Positions 1 to 11,757 of a DNA stretch of 64,000 nt are shown here, piece after piece (the first letter of the stretch is position 1; each line of letters opens with the position of its first letter). This DNA is from Octopus sinensis (Eukaryota). The stretch is from the NCBI RefSeq assembly GCF_006345805.1, contig NC_043010.1, positions 55,924,001 through 55,988,000 on the forward strand, written 5' to 3'. Made by a program: the position numbers and the translations under genes. Under the pieces are notes generated by a model. It had not been told where the DNA came from and did no database searches. It worked only from the letters and a program-made list of their open reading frames with translations.

Positions 1-61
1 ATTTGTCAGAAGGGCATACCGCTGGGGATAGCAATAAGATAAATCGTATTTCTTATTGGTG

Positions 62-413
62 GCTACTACGAGATATCCCAGGGTGTGAGCTGCTCCATGA
101 TCGGAGACAAATAAGGAAATGAGAAAGGAGTAGATTAACGAAATGACGACATAGATGATAGGAGAGAAGGAATAAGGACTTTAACCTCCATAGATTTACA
201 CAGGATTGCACCTAAGGACTTCTACATGATCGGACAATTCAACTGTGAACTTTTACGCTTCTTTTTCCTTCCCTTTCTTCATCTCCTTATTCCTTCTCTC
301 TTGTCCTCCTCTATGTCGTCATTTCATTCATCTATACCCTTCTCATTTTCCCTATTTGTCTCTGATGACGGAATATCCCATGCTCTGGGATACCCTAGAA
401 ACAGCAGTAAGAC
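62..413. mobile_element. Inverted pair of Penelope-type terminal repeats (pLTR-like) with hammerhead motifs
   Basis: 98-178 (tgatcggagacaaataaggaaatgagaaagg...gaaggaataagga) is the diverged reverse complement of 284-368; weaker similarity continues to 62 and 404 (tgggata in both). The + copy runs into a hammerhead core. Confidence 0.6.
358..413 (+). ncRNA. Degenerate type I hammerhead ribozyme motif
   Basis: gtct-CTGATGA(362-368)-stem II containing tatccca/tgggata-GAAAC(398-402)-agca-GTA-agac; stem I gtct/agac. Base of stem II is mismatched. Confidence 0.6.
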
Positions 414-494
414 TTTGAATTTTTTCTAATAATAATATTGTATATGACTTGAGATGTTTGCCTTGCCTTAACGCTTGTTGTCCTCTTTAACAAT

Positions 495-552
<58 letters not shown>

Positions 553-562
553 TATATATACA

Positions 563-950
563 CGTATGGTTGGACGAAAACGAAGCACTGAAAACCTTCC
601 CTAAACCCGAGCTCTTCAAAAAGAAGGTTATGGTGACTGTTTAGTGGTGTAGTGCTGGATTCATCCACTATAACTTCTTAAAACCCGGAAAAACATTACT
701 TCAGAAACATATTGCCAAGATAAACGAAAAACTGCTACTCCCCAGACCTTTTACCTGCTGACTACCACATTTTCAAGCACCTTGATGGTTTCCTGCGAGA
801 GGAGTTCAAAAATCAAACCGATGCTGAAAGTGTGTTCAAAGAGTCCATCAGCTCCAGAACTCCAGATTTTTATGTTACTGGAATAAACAAACTTGTAACT
901 CGTTGGCAAAAATGTGTTGATTGTAACGTTACTTACGTTGATGAATAAAA
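563..950 (+). mobile_element. Mariner transposase relic, internally deleted (Hsmar1-like C-terminal part)
   Basis: Fragments FPKPELFKKKVMVTV*W, DYHIFKHLDGFL, GINKLVTRWQKCVDCN match mariner catalytic-domain motifs; stops and frameshifts present. Confidence 0.85.
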
Positions 951-1039
951 TTTCCGTATTGTTGAAATATATTGTGATGAATTTCGTGTTTCAAAACGTT
1001 ACTTACTTCAGCCTGATATATATGGTCGGTTAAAAGGTG

Positions 1040-1500
1040 TGTAGCTCAATAAAGATATGCTCAAAGCAAAGCTGAACAAGACCTTATGTGGTAGTCTCTT
1101 CAGCAGCGCTGGTTTACTTGTGCTGTTATAGAGAGGTGGGTTACTACGAATAGGGAAGAACATCGGTTGGCTACGACGCAAAGTGCCATGGAAAGATATA
1201 TGTTAGAAACACAATTACGAGAGCATATCCAAAAGGAGACAATTCGAGAACGGAGCTGGGTGAACAACGTAATCGCAAAATACCGGGAGCTCGAGTCCCG
1301 TCGTAATGTTTACAAACAACAGGTGGACCCGTCCAGTTGCCGACTGATATCTAAGAGATCTGAAATGACCATTTGAAAGGCCTCCACGACGATGGGAAGA
1401 CGATTTAGTTAAACGATTTATAACAAGATGGAAAAGAATGACGCAATCAAGAAAGAATTGGAAAAGCATTGTGATCAGGGATGTACAGCAACATAGTCTG
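1040..1500 (+). mobile_element. RTE-clade LINE 3' remnant
   Basis: QSAMERYMLETQLREHIQKETIRERS, TNNRWT and RPPRRWEDDLVKRFITRWKRMTQSRKNW match the RTE ORF C-terminus. Confidence 0.75.
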
Positions 1501-1747
1501 ATCGATACAGATGTGTGTGTGTGTGTGTGCGCGCGTCTATGCATGTATGTATGTATCTATCTATGCATATATGTAGTGGAATATTTAAAACTGGATTCTG
1601 AGACGTCCAGACATCTTAGTTGTTTCTTGTCAACGCCATATTTTACTGTTTTATTCCTCGCTCGCATCACCAGGAGTTTATCAAAACTCACCATTTTGCT
1701 CAAATATATATATGTAAAAAATGTATACATTTTCGAGTCTATATATT

Positions 1748-1762
<15 letters not shown>

Positions 1763-1825
<63 letters not shown>
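1763..1825. repeat. (GA)n microsatellite preceded by (GT)n
   Basis: Direct reading. Confidence 0.95.
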
Positions 1826-1826
<1 letters not shown>

Positions 1827-3059
1827 ATATGTTTGTGGAAATTAGTCATGTTGTGATGAAACATCGACACGAAACCTTGCCTAATGACCCACTGAGATAC
1901 AAACTTACACACACATGCATACACGCACACACGTGCATACATACGCGCGCGCGCTTCAAGTCCTTGTCTTTGCAAAGGTAAGAGAGTTGAGAGGGAAACG
2001 ATGAGGCCACTTATGGCAGCGCTGTGTCACAGTGAGGAGTTGGTGTCGGCTTCGTAATTCATTAAATCTTAATTGGTGAGGAAATAGAAACTTGACTATC
2101 AGTCTCCCAGAATAAGGAAATAACTCTGTGGGTGGGGGGGGGAAGAGGGCTGGTGGCGACGGCGGCGGCAGAATAAGTCATCATGTGTAGGAAGAAAGTT
2201 GTTATTTAGCCCTGAGTCAAGCTGATCAACCAGGTATATTATGATCAAAGTTGTTCCTTTCGTGATCGTCTCGACACTCTGTATATTCACTTGTGCATTG
2301 CCAATATATTCTGCTTTTAAACGATAGGAGTTTGACTGTTATTTCTTGCATACCGCTAGACTACGTAGAAAACGCTTGGCCTGTTAGAAATAACAGTCAA
2401 ATCCGGCTTATTTGGTTGGTTTGAAGAGAGAAAGTGAAAGACGTCAGAGATAAAATATAACAAAACAGCCCCTCAAGTGGTGTCAAGTTTTGTGGGGAGG
2501 AGGGTAGAATGAGAAAGATCAGAGTTGACTAATCTAGTCAACCACTCACATCTCTTAGACTTTAATTGAAATCAAATTACGACAGGCATTAATTAGGACA
2601 GCTAGAAAGACAGATATACTCATCTAACTAAAGAGACCAACAAGAATATAACTAAGTTAATATTACTATTTAATTTATGTAGCTTGAAATATGTAGCGAG
2701 ATAGAGAGATGGGCAAGCAGGAAGGTGGGGTAGCAGTCAGGCAGAGTGGTGGGGTGTCAGTGAGGCAGGCAGTTCAGATTATGTTGTGGGTGTTGGTGTT
2801 TCGAACGAAGTCATCTCTGATTGATCTCACCTTTTATCAGAAATGTTCCAACTGTTACTAACCCGTCTTCCTTGGCGTACCTGGGACATGTGTCTTTCCC
2901 AGTTTTAAGACGGTGTGTTTTAAGGAAGCTGTAACTACTATTTCAAGCAAATCTATTAAACACCTCTCCTTTTGGCCATTTATTGGATGGGTGAAATCGG
3001 TGTAAGAAAGATCAAGGGTGATGGTCTTATGGATTTACGTAAACCTCTGTAATAAGCAA

Positions 3060-3290
3060 CCTTGGAGTTTTACTTTTCCCTGAGGCTACCGAAAATGTCG
3101 AGAGTAAATACTTTCGCCGTACAATTGGGCAGACTAAAGTATTTTGAAGTACGACTGAGAATAATAGAGTACAAGTGAAGGCGAGTACGCCACTGTTAGC
3201 TTGTAAAGACATTTTCGAAATCAGAAATGAAATTCTGGTAATATTTTGATTTAGAAGTAAAAAAAAAAAAAGAAAGAAAGAAAAATAGCA
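3060..3290 (+). mobile_element. Possible decayed Penelope-like GIY-YIG fragment
   Basis: TENVESKYFRRTIGQTKVF*...ACKDIFEI resembles YIGQT...C..F.I of PLE endonucleases; heavily degraded. Confidence 0.3.
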
Positions 3291-4199
3291 AATTTGTTCA
3301 GACAACTTTTATTAATGCAAATATTCATTGGATCCCTAAATTAGTGTCTTATAATGTTTTCAACAATTTTAACTGCGTCACCATTAGCCGGAAGTAGGTT
3401 TCCGGGGGGTGATCGGGAGAGAATATGCAGCGGTCCGGGGCCTTCAGCATTTCTCTCTTGATGACCCCTTTATGAATAGAAATTGTCTTTTGGTGATGTT
3501 TGTGATTTACATTAGTTTTTTTTTTGTTTATTTTTTGTAGGATTTGGCTTGTGATTTCTTGTGTTATTTTTGTTTCGTTTGTTGTGTCGAGCATGCGCAA
3601 TGTGCTGTTTTGTTGGATAGTGTTTGCTTTTCGTGCGTGTTGTGTGATTGGACTGACGACATTTCTGTTGGCTTTCTGTCTAAGCTAGATGGCTAATGAG
3701 TTTATAATTATTAGTGTAACACCAACATTGAGGTCAAATTTAATATTAGTTTGACACTTCTTTTTAATTTTCTTCAATTTCATCTGATTTGAAGGATTTG
3801 TCAAGGTGATTCTGGTTTCTTCGACTTGTTAGGGTTTTGGTACATCTGGTTAATCTCTCGTTCAGTTTTTATCTTGGTTAATTTATGAATAGTTTTTCAG
3901 TAAGTTTTCTGAATAGATATTGTCCTTTGTATATATGTCGAAGTCATCTCCAAGAGGAAATGATTTATATTTTTTTATAGCATCTCTAAAAATTGGTGGA
4001 TTTGCTCAATAGGTTTATTAATGGAGTCAGAGCTAAGAAAAAGAGGATAGAACGAATCTCCCAGTCTTAGCTTGTTTTAATTATATTCTTTTTGTCTTGT
4101 TTGCATTGTGGCGTTTATATATGTAGCCTGACTCTAGTAACTAAGAGTGAAATATAAAGATTTGTTTCCTTCTTACTGCTTTCTATAATACTTCAGTTC

Positions 4200-5150
4200 A
4201 TTTCTACCCGTTGTATTGGTATGAAATTCTGCTTGAAATCGGAAAAACGTTTACGGAAACTTTTCAAATATTGCAATGGGTGCAAAGGGAAGATCGCTTA
4301 AGTAGTGCGCAACGTGGCGAGTGATGCCAGCATTTTAATTGGAGGAAAGAACAGCCACTGAAACGCCCCTACTCTAACGGACGACGGTCATATTGTGAAA
4401 GTGCAGCGGTAATCCTTGGCAATCGCCACTTGAGTGTCTTTTATGTTTCCGAAGAAGAAATGATCTGTAAAAATTCATGTCACATAATCTTAAAAGAAGA
4501 AACGATGGAGAGTCCTGTTGCCACAAAATTTGTTAACAAAAACTGAACAGAGTTGCAGTTAATCGTGAGTTTTTCGATCGTTTGAATGTCTCTAAAAACT
4601 TTCTGAAAAGTCATAATAATTATTGAAAGGTGGGTGTAAGGCTATGGTGATATTGAAGGGAAAAGACAGTTGCCATAGCAGCGTCGATCGTCAGCATGGC
4701 AACCAAACCAAAACACGTTAGATTTATTCAGGTGTTGATAGTCTTTTCATCTATTTTGATTTGGAAGGCCATAGTTTATTATCAGTTTGTTCCATGAGGT
4801 CAGACAGTCACTAAAGAGTTATGTTTGTCCTGGGGCATTAGATAGAAATGATGTGAAAAAAAGGGCCTTAGGTAAGGACAATCAAAACCTGCAAGCTGCA
4901 CTTGCTCAAGCCTCGTTCCTTATCCGTAATGTTTTGACAAGTTCGAGACAGCACTCATCCCTTAGCCTTTCTACATCACGGATTTGACCCTGAAGGACTT
5001 TTCTATTCCTAAATGCATCTTCAATTCAGAAGTTAGAAGAGATCGAAGACAATTCGCAGCAAGAAACGATTACTAATCAAGACATTCCAGAATTTGAAAA
5101 AAAAACAAAAAAACATAGTGATGGAGGGGCTATCTTGAAGGAGACAAATC
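4200..5150 (+). mobile_element. Near full-length decayed mariner transposase
   Basis: Ordered relics: KFCL.IGKTFTETFQIL (HTH), VATKFV, FD.EG..YQFVP.GQTV, DL.PKDF.IPK, KLEEIEDNSQQE and GYLEGDKSD*. Confidence 0.8.
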
Positions 5151-5614
5151 TGATTAAATTAGAAACAAATAGCATTTTCTAAAATTTTGGGGCCCCTTTG
5201 AACAGAAGGCGCGCGTGCGTGCGTGTGTGAAGTTTAGCTCACACACACACGGCTTCTGTCTACATAACAGAAATAGTTGTCTCAATGAGATATTGAAAAC
5301 AGACTTATAATAGATTGAAGAAATATTTGGGGTGACACTGGCGATATATATCCCGGCTTACATTACACGGTTACTATAGTAACTACATTATTGCTACAGT
5401 CACTACACTGCTGATGCAATAACAACACGGACTTGGATAAAGTTACCACAATCTTTTGGAATGTGGATTGGTGGGACAACGCCCGTTGCGTACTGTTTCT
5501 CTGAGTTTCTATACTTTCATTGTCTATTGTGTATTGATATTTCTATTATAGATATGTTGTGTGGGAGCAATTGGAGATATAACCACTGTTAACGATATGA
5601 AACGTATTATAAAT

Positions 5615-5735
5615 GATCACTGATTGGACCCACATGTATAATAGATGATAACCAGATTGGGGTCACATGTATCATACATGATCCTACATTGGACTCACGT
5701 ATATTACATATCATCTCCGATTGGGGTCACATGGT
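5615..5735. repeat. Four ~32-bp tandem units each carrying ATTGG (reverse CCAAT box), possibly within a solo-LTR-like repeat
   Basis: ATTGG at 5623, 5656, 5688 and 5720; unit core (g/c)attgg(a/g)..cac(a)tgtat. LTR termini and TSD not identified. Confidence 0.6.
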
Positions 5736-6489
5736 CGCAGATCTGAGACCACGTATAATGTATACTCCGCAGTCTGTGGAAACTTGTATCTCTCCGTCTT
5801 TTTGTCTAAACTCCTTCGTTACTCTTCATCCGGTTGTTTCACTTCTTCTGGTCAGCCAATTCTGCAAGTTTATCCTATTGTCTTTGTTGGCTGGTTTTAC
5901 GATTCGACATTTCTTTCATGTAGCATTTTCTATCTGTCCACCATCGTCGCATTTTATCTGATAAGTAAGCTATAATAATGGAGGACATTTACGCTCAGTG
6001 AGAAATGGTGGTGGTGGTAGTGACGATAAGAATGACCACGATGATGATGATGATGATGATGATAGCAAACGTGTGTGATCTTGTTTGATGTTTGATTACT
6101 AAATTGTATTGGTAAATATGTCTGGCTAAGAGTGACAGGTGAAATGATTGACCGTCCGACTCCTTCCCCTAGCACCCCTCCCCCGTCTGTATCTTCTGTT
6201 TTTATCTGTCAGGTTGTATTGTTCCACAAACATGAATATGATTATTGTGCGAAGTAGAATCTAAATGGATAGACAAGAATAGACAGGTTTCGATGAGTGA
6301 AGTAACCAGCTTCTTCTAAATGTGACTTTTGACAGAACTGTGTTGTTGGGACGGTGGGCTGATATGGTATTAGTTAAAGGGAGCAGTGCACCTGTAGACT
6401 ACAAGTTACTAGTTCATATCCTGTCATCGGTGACGTTGTGTTCTTTGGTAAAAAAAAAAAAGAATATTGCATCTATTGACAACCATGTC

Positions 6490-6690
6490 TAAACAGACCT
6501 GGTTGTATTGTTGCCAACCCTGATCGAGCACACCTATGATCAAAGACATTCCTGCCACGACCATTCCCTCCTTTTGAAACACAGTTAATCTAGGACAACA
6601 TTAACGTGATCCTCATTTCAGTCGAGTATTTTAAAGATTTTTTAGTTGGGAGATTTGCTTATTTCTAGCCCCTTGAGCTACCCAAGTACT
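6490..6690 (+). repeat. Short dispersed repeat (cctgatcgagcagacctatgatcaaagacattcc...gagatttggctgctatttctagc family)
   Basis: Related copies near 2205, 6880, 17290, 22730, 46630 (minus), 49810, 59110 and 59950. Class not determined. Confidence 0.65.
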
Positions 6691-7542
6691 TCACGGTATC
6701 AGTGTTCCCCACGCTAATATTTATGAGTGATTCATTAGCTCGACTTTGATTCTGTCTACAGAGAAATGTTACAAGTGATAGAACCTGCTGTTTGTCAAAG
6801 CGAAAGTTTATCTCTCAACCGCACACCACAACAATGAAAACCAAATCTAAGCACATTTCCCTCCTACCTTTGGTTTTAGATCGAAATCAATCCTGATCTA
6901 GATAAGCCATATTCAAAAGCATTCCATCCACAACTGTCTTGAATAGTACACCTCAGATCACATTACTAAGTATCTCTTATATTTAAGATGTTAAGCTTTA
7001 ATTTAAGAGAGATGTAGCTACTATTTCTTGTAGGTTGCACGCTAAGGTTATCTCAGTGGTTTACTAACTTTATCAGTCTCGTCTGTCTCACTGCATCTTC
7101 CGCTTGAGTAAATTTATTTTAAAAAATCTGCTCAGCAGACCACAAGAGTCCGTAAAAAGATCCGCTCAGACCATCCGATCAGATAGTGTATTTAAAACTA
7201 CTATCTAATGTGTTTTTTGTTTAAGATGGCTAAATGTGATTTGAGTGATCTTTGCTGCTGTTTCTAGCGGGTTTGTTTTACTCAGAATATGGAAAAATAG
7301 AAAATGCCTCCTAAAAATCTAATGAAAGTGTGTGAAAAGGTTTACCTTCCTTGAAACCAGCTTGAATGTTATTCCTTACTAAAATACAATTCCTCTGGTT
7401 TTCTGTATTCAAAAGTTCCAGAGGGATTATTCCATATCTTTCCATTTCCCTTAATGTTATATTCGTATTTATTTTTATATGGAAGACATTAAACTTAGGT
7501 GTGATTTTCTTTTTTTTTTCTTTAGCTAAAACTGAAAAATTC

Positions 7543-8172
7543 TGTACTACTTTGGCGTGTGATCTACAAATTCAAGGGCAATTATTTTAGGTTACTTTTT
7601 AGTTTATTTTTAAATTTCTAAAAACCCTTAAGATGTTCTTGTGTCCCTAGCAGATGTTCACTCAATTCATCGACAAAATTATTTGTATTTCATCTTTATT
7701 ATCAAATTACTATTCAACTGTTTTATGAATTCTTTTGTACATACTTAGCATTGTAAATGTATTTTTTCAAAATTCTTACTATTTCAATAATAATAAAACC
7801 ATGTTTCATTTATGTCTAAGTAAATAATAAGAAATCAATAATAAACAACATGATAATTAAAACAAGCGCCTAGATCACACAAGTTTGACAGCTGCGAGTT
7901 TTACAATGTAAAGTTGGCTAAATTCCACCGTTTCCCCCTTTTCCGCGAGCTTCCTTCACTTCGCCATCACAACGATGTCATGGTGCAACATTTTCTTCGT
8001 CATCTAAAAGGTTATTTCTTCGTAAAAATTCAACAGCCTTCGTCACTTCGCTGATCGTATTGTAAAAATCTTTAGCCAACATCTTAAGGGTTTTTAGAAA
8101 TTGAAAAGTAAACTAAAATGTAACCTAAAGCAATCGTCCTTTAAGCTGTAGATCACACGCCAAAGTAGTACC
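7543..8172. mobile_element. Non-autonomous foldback/MITE-like DNA element with ~100-bp TIRs
   Basis: 7544-7640 (gtactactttggcgtgtgatctaca...cccttaagatgtt) is the reverse complement of 8078-8171; flanked by aaaaattc (7535-7542) and gaaaattc (8173-8180), a 7/8 TSD. Confidence 0.85.
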
Positions 8173-8336
8173 GAAAATTCTATATTGTGAGGTTAAGAAT
8201 TTTACTTCACAATCACCTTATTTTGTATACGAACTCACTGTCTTGTACAAGAGACAAGAGTCTCTCTCCTGCCGTAACCTTGTCAACCAAATACTTGTCC
8301 GTTAATCTTTGTAGTCAGAAATTATGCAGAAACTCA

Positions 8337-9149
8337 GGATCTTTTCCTTTTGAACGGCACTTTGTAACATAATTTCTAGGTAACTAAAAAGTTTTAAACT
8401 TCGTATACGGGTAGAATGTGTTTATAAAACATCGTTTTTTCTTGGCTTTATTGAGAAAATTCTATATGTTGTAACATATTTCGTCTTTAATTTCGAGCAT
8501 TTCGGCAATTTTAACCAATCGATTACCTCCATTTAGGTAAATAACATTCTGTGCATAATAAATATGTCCCTCCTTTAAGAAACAGATTGGGTTTATTTAC
8601 ATTTGTGAAGAAAAAAGATACCCTTCCCCCACCCCTAATCCTAATCCTAACTCTAACCCTAAATCTAAAATAGATTGAAATGCAATAAATCGATACTAGG
8701 GTTATAAATATGGGTGACATTTTCATTTGACACCGCTAGAAAAAAATCCCATTTTCCGTAGCGGTGTCGTATGAAATTGTCACCCATAATTATAACCCTA
8801 GTATCGATCTATTGCATTTCAATCTATTTTAGATTTAGGGTTAGGGTTAGGGGTGAGGGAAGGGTATCTTTTTTTTTTTACAAATGTAAATAAACCCAAT
8901 CTGTTTCTTAAAGGAGGGACATATTCATACAGCATGGAATGTTGTTTACCTAAATGGAGGTAATCGATTGGTTAAAATTGCCGAAATGCTCGAAATTTCA
9001 GACGAAATATCTTACAACATATAGAATTTTCTCAATAAAGCTAAGAGAAAATGATGTTTTATAAACACATTTTGCCAGTATATGGAGTTTAAAACTTTTT
9101 AATTACCTAGAAATTACGTTACAAAGTGCCGTTCAAAAGGAAAAGATCC
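8337..9149. mobile_element. 813-bp foldback element (~400-bp arms, 20-nt spacer) with internal TTAGGG repeats
   Basis: Arms 8337-8738 and 8759-9149; termini GGATCTTTTCC...GGAAAAGATCC; perfect 8-bp TSD gaaactca at 8329-8336 and 9150-9157. Confidence 0.92.
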
Positions 9150-9384
9150 GAAACTCATTGAGTTGGTCCGTACCAATTTTTGGACGGTAGACTTAATCTC
9201 TCTCTCTCTCACTCTCTCTCTCACTCTCTCTCTCTCTCTCACTCTCTCTCTCTCTCTCTCTGTATATGTGTGTGTGTATAGCTACTTGTTTACCCACTTG
9301 CACTATCTGTCTACTATGTCTAATTAATTACTGAGCTAGCTCTGGTATTTGCAGACATTTTACATTGATGGCAATATTTTTCAG

Positions 9385-9501
9385 GATCAACCCAATATCT
9401 TTCGGAAAGTACGAGGCAGAGATGGCGCTCAAAGACACATCACCTGGAACCTACCTGATGTACAAGGATTATGAATCTAACCAAATTTATCTCTCTGTCA
9501 G
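9385..9501 (+). CDS. Coding exon of an SH2-domain protein (N-terminal half of SH2)
   Basis: ttttcag|G acceptor and AG|gtaaag donor; open frame INPISFGKYEAEMALKDTSPGTYLMYKDYESNQIYLSV; ends in phase 2 (AG), completed by the A starting the 16990 exon (AGA, Arg). Confidence 0.88.
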
Positions 9502-9559
9502 GTAAAGATCTTCATTATAGTCTGTCTTTGTGAGAGAGAGCTTAAACTGGTTGGATGTT

Positions 9560-11757
9560 AGATTTGTGGAGGATATACGAACTGAAGACTACCTAAGAAT
9601 GTAATAGCATAGATTAGATTTTCTGAGGCACAAGTGAGATTTGATTTAATCTTAAATATTTCACTACAGGACAAAGACAGTTGGAAGTGGAGATCTCTAG
9701 AATAGGGAAAGGGTGTGAGGAACAAAAGATAGAATAAAAACAAGGGTTATCAGAGGTGGGGGGGAGCAATAAAATACCCACAAAAGAAACTTCTTGGATG
9801 ATGGTAAATTCTACTTTGTGGAAGGACTATTACAGAGAAAGAAACTTGTTACTACACTTGAATGAGATGCAAAATAGCGAAATAAAAAGGCTGCCAGCTC
9901 TGAGAGGAATCAAAAGAGGTAAACTGTATAAAGAAGCAAAAATGGTGGATGAACTGTTTATGAAAATCAGAAACATAACAGTTCTAAGCAACCTCACATA
10001 TTGCACAGTGCCTTTATTGCTATGCAAAAACTTGGGGTCAAATGTTCCCATGGTGGGAACGAAGGCTTGAGAACCAAATTGAACAGCTCAAGAAAGACCT
10101 TGGATGGTTTCACAGAAGCCAACCAGGGAGAAACCTGCACCAGACTTCTGCGACTGTTTTGGCAGGATTTTTACAGCTGGATGCCCTTCCTAACACCAAC
10201 CACTCGGCAGAGTGGACTTAGTGCTTTTTACATGGCACAAGAACAGGGGATGTCAGTTTTGGCAAGGTTTGTACAGCTGGATGCCCCTCCAAACACCAAC
10301 CACTTTACATTGTGGACTGGGTGCTTTTAAGTGACACTGGCACTGACAGGGTCACCAAGTACTTGCAACACAAAAAAAAAACCCAACTTTCAGGAAGGGA
10401 GGAGGCATTGGAGGAGGTGATCTTGTGTTGGATGATGAAAAGGTTATAGTGAGACAGATACAGGTGCCTTGCTGTAGAGGAAGTACAAGGTTACCCAGCC
10501 AGAGAGAGGGACCAGGAAAATAGGAACAGGTGCGCTGCTGCAAAGGAAATACACAGTTACCCAACTTGAGGGAAATGCAGGAGACGGAGAGAGAGCGGGA
10601 GTGGGAGACAGCAGGATAGAGATGGTGGCAAAAATGTCAGGCATACTCACAAAGAATTGGGATCAGAATATAAATAGGATGATTGAGTAAGTGGGAAGAG
10701 AGAGATATAGATGGTGGCAGGTGAGAATATTCAGTAAAAATATTGGAATGCAGTTTAGGGTAAATAAATGTGCAGTAGTAATAATGAAGAGGGACTGAAG
10801 GGCAACTCAGGTAGCATAAAATTACTGCAAGACAACATCATTTGATCACTGTGGAGTAATGAGGGGTATAGATATCTTAGAATGATACAAGTTAATGGAA
10901 AGAGAAATGAAAGAGAGAAAGTCACTAAAGAGTACAAGGGGAGACTTAGGAAGGTACTTGAAAGAAAATTAAATGTCAGGAACATCATTAAAACCATAAA
11001 TACGTGGGTAATGCCAGTATTGAAATACTCTTCCCCCTTTCTAAACTGGACAAAGCTGAGCTACAGAACTTGGATAGAATAATTAGAAAGCTGTTCACAA
11101 TGCACTCCACCCCAAAAGTAATACCAACCGATTCCTACCGACCAAGAGGATTACTAGACATAGAAGACATGGTTAGTACTGTGATGCTGGGTTTGAGAAA
11201 TTATTTTGTGCAGAGTAAAGACAAAATACTATCAGCTGCAAAGACGCCCAAAAAGTGAGCAAAAGAGTAGGAGAATTCAAAGAGAAAAGGAGGAACAACA
11301 GAACAAAGAGAAAGAAATGGAATGACATGGTCAGTTCATGCAACAAACTGAGAATATTAGATGTGAAAGAATGGTGAGTCTGGTTGGATGGAAAGTTGAA
11401 AGGAGAGAGAAAGACTAATTACAGCCACTCAAGGAGAAACCTGATAAAGGCAAAGAGGAATATATTGGAGGAATTGGAAATGACATGAGGACAGAGCGGG
11501 CTCCGAAAACCTGCTTTATTGGGAAGAGCTAGGATTTTGAGAGTGGTGCTTGAGTGTTGAGTGTCTTCCATGATAGTTAACATCCAAGTACCAAAGCCTA
11601 TAGTTTATGGAAAGGGACCCTGTTAGACCACTGACAACATGTTGCTGTCCACTCTCACAGAATCAACCAGAGCAAGTAAAATCAAAAGTTCTGAGAAATA
11701 TAATAATAATATAATAATAATAATAATAATAATAATATAATAATAATAATAATAATA
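9560..11757 (+). mobile_element. Old, internally deleted R4/Dong-type LINE ending in (TAA)n
   Basis: RLPALRGIKRGKLYKEAKMVDEL (N-terminal region), EYKGRLRKVLERKLNVRNIIKTINTWVMPVLKYS, ELQNLDRIIRKLFTMH, GRARILRVVLEC*; (TAA)n tail 11697-11757. Confidence 0.75.
10050..10370 (-). mobile_element. SINE-like repeat (ctggatgcccttcctaacaccaacc family)
   Basis: Same family as 15730-15990 and as the segment inside the Helitrons (39995-40315, 63015-63325). Confidence 0.7.

Noticed and set aside
1721-1981. ORF-track proteins made of ER, CV, YI, HT or LS dipeptide runs (also about 37235-37600, 39736-39942, 47542-49282, 61789-62713)
   Set aside because: They are translations of (GA)n, (GT)n, (TA)n, (CA)n and (ATCT)n microsatellites with no domain content.
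5029-5181. Open frame KLEEIEDNSQQE...ETNSIF* after a cag, resembling a terminal exon
   Set aside because: It is the frameshifted C-terminus of the 4200-5150 mariner (GYLEGDK in another frame).
6089-6117. Donor TG|gtaaat that would give ...ITKLYW-INPISF when joined to 9385
   Set aside because: In-frame TGA at 6086-6088 and no acceptor AG or in-frame ATG between it and the donor.
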